DNA of 64,000 nucleotides, from assembly GCA_049523135.1 (NCBI GenBank), contig JBEKNE010000001.1:210095-274094 (forward strand). The letters run 5' to 3'. The notes under the pieces were generated by a model. The model saw nothing but the letters and a program-made list of their open reading frames with translations, searched no databases and was not told the origin of the DNA. Origin of the DNA: Candidatus Microgenomates bacterium. GTDB taxonomy: Bacteria; Patescibacteriota; Microgenomatia; UBA8517. Below, piece by piece: positions 58,821 through 64,000 of the stretch. Position numbers and translations under genes: made by a program. The first letter of the stretch is position 1; every line of letters starts with the position of its first letter.

Positions 58821-59738
58821 TTGATAAAAAATTGTTTGAAGGTGATTGATGCAAACAAGGCCATCAATATAATAACTTTTGGTTATGTATTTGTTGTTTG
58901 TATCTACATGATTTCCCATAGAATCTGGTTTTCCCCGGATCAGTTTTTTGTTTTTGCCCTAATCGGAGCCACATTTATCGGACGGGCAGGAATTTTTCTA
59001 AAAGACTGGGTGCTTTTTATATTTCCCTACCTGGGTTATGAATTTTTGCGGGGTTTAATTCCCTTTGTCAGTAAAAATGTTCACATTTTTCCGATGATTA
59101 ATATCGACCAATTTATTTTCGGTTTTATCCCGACGGTTAAACTTCAATCCTTGCTTTATAATCCTAACCATCTTATGTGGTATGACTATGTGGCAGTAAC
59201 CCTTTATATTTGTCACTTCGTAACTCCAATGATTGTTGGGTATTTTTTCTGGTTAAAAGACAGGAAGTTTTTCAAAAAATATGCTATTGGAATTCTAGGT
59301 GTTTCTTATGCGGCTTTTATTACATACATTATTTTTCCTGCAATGCCTCCTTGGATGGCCAGCAGTTTTGGTTATATTCCGCCTGTAAAAGAAGTTACCG
59401 GAATAGTTATGTCTCATTTCTTTCCAACAACAATAAAATTGCCGTCAATTTATTCTTTTGTAGGAGGTAACTCTGTTGCGGCAATGCCCTCTCTTCATGC
59501 AGCATTCCCCTTAATGGTATTTTTCTTTCTTTATAAGTGGAATAAAAAGATGGGAATTGCCTTTATTCCTTATGTTTTAGGAGTTTGGTTTGCGGTGATT
59601 TACTTGGGGGAGCACTATTTTATAGATATGGTAATTGGGGCTCTTTACTCAACTGTTATCTTTATAATTATTGAAAAGTTAAGTAACCATGCCAAAGCCA
59701 AGTCTGTTTCTAACAAGAATTTGCTTTTCCGCCTTTGA
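58821..59738 (+). CDS. PAP2-superfamily (Aur1/IPC-synthase-like) membrane phosphotransferase
   Basis: PAMPPW, AAMPSLH and HYFID motifs; start uncertain. Confidence 0.85.
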   Translation: MIKNCLKVIDANKAINIITFGYVFVVCIYMISHRIWFSPDQFFVFALIGATFIGRAGIFLKDWVLFIFPYLGYEFLRGLIPFVSKNVHIFPMINIDQFIFGFIPTVKLQSLLYNPNHLMWYDYVAVTLYICHFVTPMIVGYFFWLKDRKFFKKYAIGILGVSYAAFITYIIFPAMPPWMASSFGYIPPVKEVTGIVMSHFFPTTIKLPSIYSFVGGNSVAAMPSLHAAFPLMVFFFLYKWNKKMGIAFIPYVLGVWFAVIYLGEHYFIDMVIGALYSTVIFIIIEKLSNHAKAKSVSNKNLLFRL

Positions 59739-59942
59739 TAGATTTTTGATTTTTGCTTCCCTTCTTAAAGCCTCAGATTTTGTTGCGAATTTTTCCTGGT
59801 AAATCAGTTTTATGGGTTTATGGCTTTTTGTGTATTTCGCCCCACGGCCCGAAAAATGTTCTTTAAACCTTTTGGCAACATTATTTGTGGAACCTGTATA
59901 GTAGCTTCCGTCGTGACAGAGGAGAATGTAAGTAAACCACAT
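59679..59942 (-). CDS. Small GIY-YIG nuclease (UPF0213/YazA-like)
   Basis: YILLC.DGSYYTGST...R...H..G.GAKYT...ALRRE..IK. Confidence 0.92.
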   Translation of the reverse strand: MWFTYILLCHDGSYYTGSTNNVAKRFKEHFSGRGAKYTKSHKPIKLIYQEKFATKSEALRREAKIKNLSKAEKQILVRNRLGFGMVT

Positions 59943-59960
59943 ATTTAAATATTACGCTTA

Positions 59961-59984
59961 ATATTGCGGATTCGTCTAATGGTA
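59961..59984 (+). repeat. Stranded 5' fragment of a tRNA-Gln gene (degenerate direct repeat of 60814-60838)
   Basis: ATATTGCGGATTCGTCTAAT-GGTA vs ATATTGCGGGATCGTCTAACCGGTA, 21 of 25 columns identical. Confidence 0.75.
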
Positions 59985-60000
59985 TACGTTATAATAAGTG

Positions 60001-60804
60001 ATGCTTAGAAAACCAAGAAAACACTTTTCTTGCAATTTGCTTCCCAGGACTGATCCAAGATATATTATATGGCTTAACAGTTTAAAGAAAAAACGCAGAT
60101 GTGAACCTTGGAATAAGAGTAAAACTAGATTTACTGACAAAAGAATTAAGAAAATATCAGAAACTTTCTTGAGAAAAAAGATTGACAATTTTTCTAACTG
60201 GCGGATTAATGCTAGAAATTCGGGATTAATTCCAAACCCAAACCGATCTTTTAAACATTCCAAAGAGCTAGCATTTTTAATTGGCATGACCTTGGGTGAT
60301 GGTTGCTTACAAAAAATATCCAGAACAGAATCTTTAAGAATTACATTAGGATCGAATAGACCATTATTAATTGCCTACACAGCAAACATAGTTGGAAAAG
60401 TAATCAACAAAAAACCATCGGTTATTAAGCGCAATTGCTCAAACTGTTTTAATGTCACTCTTTATCAAAATAATCTAAGCAAAAGATTAGAAGTACCTTT
60501 GGGTGCCAGGAAAAATTTAAAAATAATGTTACCAAATTGGATTTGGTCAAAAAAATCATTCCTTGTCTCGGCCTTAAGCGGATTGTTTGAAGCTGAGGGA
60601 TCATTCTCAATACATAAACCAACTTATACTTACAATTTTAGTTTTTCTAATGTGAACGTTAGTTTACTTGACGAAGTAGAAAAAGCACTAAAATTATTAA
60701 ATTTTCATCCGGAAAGGAGATCAAAAGAGGTTAGATTAAGAAAAAAAGAGGAAGCTTTAAGGTTTGAAAAACTAATTAGCTTCAGGAATTATCCTCTGAT
60801 ATAA
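60001..60804 (+). CDS. Two-motif LAGLIDADG endonuclease-like protein
   Basis: LAFLIGMTLGDG and LSGLFEAEGS motifs, FSN, basic N-terminal extension; TATAAT 5 nt upstream. Confidence 0.85.
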   Translation: MLRKPRKHFSCNLLPRTDPRYIIWLNSLKKKRRCEPWNKSKTRFTDKRIKKISETFLRKKIDNFSNWRINARNSGLIPNPNRSFKHSKELAFLIGMTLGDGCLQKISRTESLRITLGSNRPLLIAYTANIVGKVINKKPSVIKRNCSNCFNVTLYQNNLSKRLEVPLGARKNLKIMLPNWIWSKKSFLVSALSGLFEAEGSFSIHKPTYTYNFSFSNVNVSLLDEVEKALKLLNFHPERRSKEVRLRKKEEALRFEKLISFRNYPLI

Positions 60805-60817
60805 TAAGGCGGTATAT

Positions 60818-60892
60818 TGCGGGATCGTCTAACCGGTAGGACACGGCCCCCTGGAGGCTGGTATCGGGGTTCAAATCCCTGTCCCGCAGCCA
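60818..60892 (+). tRNA. tRNA-Gln(CTG) with C33 and encoded CCA
   Basis: Acceptor TGCGGGA/TCCCGCA, anticodon stem CGGCC/GGCTG with loop CC-CTG-GA, T-arm CGGGG-TTCAAAT-CCCTG, G73-CCA. Confidence 0.92.
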
Positions 60893-61083
60893 ACACGTGC
60901 ACCCCTGTGACCGTGAAGCCTAGAATAGCCCGAAAATACACTTAAAACTGCTAGTTTTTACCTCAAACATTCGTACTACACGCTCGCTGTTCGGAGAAAG
61001 ACTATAAAAATACAATCAACGTGCACTTAATGAAGTTATAGTGCAGTTATAAAGGAATGGAGTAAAATTATAAGAGTTTAATA

Positions 61084-61149
61084 ATGTTAAAAATCAAAGA
61101 CAAGGGAATAGTTTTAGAAGAAAGTAATTTGGAATCTGAAAAACTTTAA
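61084..61149 (+). pseudogene. 5' stub duplicate of the glycosidase at 62124
   Basis: MLKIKDKGIVLEESNLESEKL* vs MLKIKDEGIILEKTNLEFENK; 51/60 nt identical (61081-61140 vs 62121-62180). Confidence 0.85.
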
Positions 61150-61154
61150 ATAAA

Positions 61155-62120
61155 ATGGAAATAGGAGTTGAAAATACGGAAAATGTCACTTTTTCCCCTG
61201 CGATTGAAAAAAATCCGGAAATTAAGGCTGCAATGAGTATGGCAGTAGTTTCTATGGAAGGATACTACGATGCTCTATACAGACAAGTCACTAAAGCAAA
61301 ACCCGGAGAACTAATTCCGGAATCTGTTATAGCTTTTGCATCAAGCCCCAATGGGGTGGATTTCGCAAGAAGCGGAATGGTGCCACTAAAACCAACCACG
61401 GAAATAAATAGTATTGATCGACTAGCAGTAGAAGATCCAACTATTGTGAAATTAGATGGTAAATATTATGTTTTCCATTCTGCCGTCAGTCCGAAAGTAA
61501 GCGGGGAGGGTGTGCAAGTTGCTATCCAGGTGGTAGAAGGAGATTCATTGGGGCATTTGGGGACCGAAAAAAAGGTTGTTCTGACTCCCAAAGATGTCCA
61601 AGATTCTTTGGGCAAAAAAGTTGATATGGTTAAGGAACCGGAATTTTATTTCGGTAAAGACGGACTTTGGCATATGATTTACGAACACACAGGAAGAGGG
61701 ATTTCGGAAATTGCAACTGCCGAAAGCCCCCAATTGACCGGTCCGTATAGGAATAACCGTCCCCTTATGGAAGTTCGCCCGAATGCCTGGGACTCCCAAC
61801 ACCTTAGTCCCGGCCCACTGCTTTTTACTTCAAAAGGGGACATTTTAATGTTTTACAACGGCAGAGGCCCCAAAAGTTCTGAGGATCAAACGCCAAGTTG
61901 GTCGATCGGACATGTTATTATTGACGCTAGTACGGGGGTTGTCAGTGACCGCGCAGAGTCCCCAATTATTCGACCTTCCGATGAAATTGGTCCGGAAAAT
62001 CAGCTGATCTCATTTGCCAATTCAATAACATCAACCGAAGGAACCAAAAACAACAGACTTTATTATACGGTAGCCGATACGCGTTCAGCCGTTGCCAGTA
62101 TTTTTATAAACGGTATATAA
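61155..62120 (+). CDS. Five-bladed propeller glycosidase-like protein (GH43/GH130-like)
   Basis: VEDPTIV, KEPE, WDS.H.SPGP, MFYNG and LYYTVAD motifs. Confidence 0.7.
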   Translation: MEIGVENTENVTFSPAIEKNPEIKAAMSMAVVSMEGYYDALYRQVTKAKPGELIPESVIAFASSPNGVDFARSGMVPLKPTTEINSIDRLAVEDPTIVKLDGKYYVFHSAVSPKVSGEGVQVAIQVVEGDSLGHLGTEKKVVLTPKDVQDSLGKKVDMVKEPEFYFGKDGLWHMIYEHTGRGISEIATAESPQLTGPYRNNRPLMEVRPNAWDSQHLSPGPLLFTSKGDILMFYNGRGPKSSEDQTPSWSIGHVIIDASTGVVSDRAESPIIRPSDEIGPENQLISFANSITSTEGTKNNRLYYTVADTRSAVASIFINGI

Positions 62121-62123
62121 ATA

Positions 62124-63149
62124 ATGTTAAAAATCAAAGATGAGGGAATAATTTTAGAGAAAACAAATTTAGAATTTGAAAATAAGGCTGTACTAAATCC
62201 TGCTTGCATCCAGGTGGGTGACATAACTCATATGTTCTATCGAGCAGTTAACCAAAATGATATTTCCTCCATAGGTTATTGCCAACTAAAGGATAATAAG
62301 GTGATTAAAAGGTTTGATAAGCCGATTCTTTTTCCCGAATTCGATTATGAAAAAGATGGACTGGAAGATCCAAGAATTACTTATTTGGACGGAGTCTACT
62401 ATCTTTTTTTTACGGTCTATGACGGCAATGACGCTCTCATTTCCTACGCCACAAGCAGTGATCTTATTCATTTCGTCAAACAAGGTCTTATTTCACCTAA
62501 GATTTCCTACGATGAAGCAGAAGATATTTTTCGCGGATCGGGGATCAGGGAAAGGTATTCAATGTTTGAGATGTATTATAAAGAAAAAGGGGGCAAGAAC
62601 ATCCTGCTGTTTGAAAAAGATGCCTCTCTTTTTCCCCAAAAAATAAATAACAAATTCGCTCTTCTTCATAGAATTTTACCCGGAATTCAAATCATTTATT
62701 TTGACAGCTTTTCAGACCTTACTGATAACCACTGGCGTGATTATTTAAAGAGTTTGGGTGATTTTATTGTGCTTGATCCTCTCTTTTGGTTTGAAAACCG
62801 CAATGTCGGCGGTGGTTGCCCACCTATTGAAACGGAAGATGGATGGCTCATTATCTATCACTCAGTAGAAGATACGCCTTTAGGAAAAATCTATCATGCT
62901 GCTGCCGCACTTCTTGATCGTAAAAATCCTCTGAAAGTTTTAGGACGGTTATCGGAGCCTCTGTTTTCCCCGGAAACTTCCTGGGAAAAAGGTGGCGGTA
63001 CAAGTAATGTTGTCTTTCCTACCGGTGCAGTAATACAAGGTAAAAGACTTTTTATTTATTACGGGGCTGCCGATAAATTAATTGCCGCAAAATCCATTGA
63101 TCTTTTAGAACTCCTATCTGAGCTCAAGAAAAGCTCATTAAAATTATGA
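62124..63149 (+). CDS. GH130-like glycosidase/phosphorylase
   Basis: AVLNP, YRA, GLEDPRI, KDA.LFP, GWL.IYH, NVVFP and YYGAAD motifs. Confidence 0.88.
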   Translation: MLKIKDEGIILEKTNLEFENKAVLNPACIQVGDITHMFYRAVNQNDISSIGYCQLKDNKVIKRFDKPILFPEFDYEKDGLEDPRITYLDGVYYLFFTVYDGNDALISYATSSDLIHFVKQGLISPKISYDEAEDIFRGSGIRERYSMFEMYYKEKGGKNILLFEKDASLFPQKINNKFALLHRILPGIQIIYFDSFSDLTDNHWRDYLKSLGDFIVLDPLFWFENRNVGGGCPPIETEDGWLIIYHSVEDTPLGKIYHAAAALLDRKNPLKVLGRLSEPLFSPETSWEKGGGTSNVVFPTGAVIQGKRLFIYYGAADKLIAAKSIDLLELLSELKKSSLKL

Positions 63150-64000
63150 AACCCGATCAGCAAGATAAATCTTTAATAGTATTTCTTTCCACCTTTCCGC
63201 CGCGGCAATGTGGAATAGCCACCTTTACTGCCGATCTTGCCGATACCGTTGACCGAATGTTTAGTCCGTTTATTGAATCAAAAGTTGTTGCCATGAATGT
63301 GAATGATATAAGTCACTTGCCTTATTCAAACAGAGTAATTTTTCAAATAAGCCAGACTAATGAAAAAGATTATATTGATGCGGCCTTAAAGCTTAACGAG
63401 CTCGAGAAAGTTAAACTAATTAACATTCAGCATGAGTTTGGCATTTTTGGAGGTGAATATGGTTCAAATTTAATTCTTTTTCTGGAAAAAATTAAAAAGC
63501 CGGTTATTGTTACATTCCATACCGTTCTCCCCACTCCGGATGAAAAAATGTTAAATGTGGTTCGAAACATAGCAAAATATTCTAAAGGGATTGTTGTTAT
63601 GACTCAATATTCAAAAGAACTATTAGAGAAAAATTACGGTTTAAATCCCAACCAAATTCAAATTATTCCGCATGGTATTCATAATGTTCCCTATAAAACC
63701 AGTCAATACGCAAAATCAGTCCTTGGTTTTTCCACCAAACTGATTCTTTCAACCTTTGGCCTGTTAAGTTCAACAAAAGGAATTGAATATGTAATAGAGG
63801 CTTTACCACCTGTTGTAAAAAAATTTCCAAACATTCAATTTATTGTTGCCGGTGTTACTCATCCGGTGGTTTTGGAACAGGAAGGAGAAAAATACCGCAA
63901 TTTCCTTATAAATAAAGTTTATGAGCTTAATCTAAGTAAGTATGTCTTATTTTTTAACACATATTTTAATACAAATGAGCTTCTTAGAATTCTGGAAGCT
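63146..64000 (+). CDS. GT4 glycosyltransferase (partial, runs off the window)
   Basis: STFPPRQCGIATFT, IQHEFGIFGG, IPHG, TFGLL...KGIE and THP motifs. Confidence 0.88.
   Translation, partial: MKPDQQDKSLIVFLSTFPPRQCGIATFTADLADTVDRMFSPFIESKVVAMNVNDISHLPYSNRVIFQISQTNEKDYIDAALKLNELEKVKLINIQHEFGIFGGEYGSNLILFLEKIKKPVIVTFHTVLPTPDEKMLNVVRNIAKYSKGIVVMTQYSKELLEKNYGLNPNQIQIIPHGIHNVPYKTSQYAKSVLGFSTKLILSTFGLLSSTKGIEYVIEALPPVVKKFPNIQFIVAGVTHPVVLEQEGEKYRNFLINKVYELNLSKYVLFFNTYFNTNELLRILEA

Noticed and set aside
59679-59942. GIY-YIG gene as part of the homing element
   Set aside because: It looks like the widespread standalone UPF0213 type and lies outside the duplicated tRNA boundary.
59965-60892. Group I intron or split tRNA containing the LAGLIDADG ORF
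   Set aside because: The downstream tRNA is complete by itself, and there is no room or sign of an intron core around the ORF.
60893-61030. ACGTGCAC repeated downstream of tRNA-Gln as a possible att scar
   Set aside because: An 8-bp match only, with no tRNA 3'-end duplication or integrase.
1-64000. Alternative genetic code (UGA=Gly)
   Set aside because: Conserved genes have no internal TGA, and TGA ends rplW, rplX, recA and others at the expected positions.

Overview
Core-genome window of a reduced, AT-rich bacterium. Gene content and style (no uL30, compact RNase P RNA, archaeal-type AspRS, few Shine-Dalgarno sites) suggest Patescibacteria/CPR, probably Microgenomates; this is inference. 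It uses the standard code 11. Positions 0.5-16.4 kb hold the S10-spc-alpha ribosomal cluster (no rpsJ, no rpmD, truncated uL15, an antisense islet before secY). Housekeeping and envelope genes follow: recA/recX/rny, HU, ABC transporters, miaA, rnpB, mgtA, dtd, nth, secDF, cca, recJ, aspS, gltX, a MacAB-like exporter and glycan enzymes. Main observations: (1) both tRNA genes sit beside a free-standing homing-endonuclease-like gene and both carry C in place of the near-invariant U33; (2) the LAGLIDADG gene lies between a stranded tRNA-Gln 5' fragment and an intact tRNA-Gln, and the same '5' stub + inserted gene + intact gene' footprint recurs 1 kb later at a glycosidase; (3) two leader-peptide attenuator-like leaders, one upstream of an unannotated CCHC zinc-knuckle microprotein; (4) a catalytically dead peptide-deformylase homolog, an Fe-S-free Nth, heptamer repeats inside and between genes, and widespread leaderless-type promoters. 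All calls are from reading motifs by eye; no searches were run.
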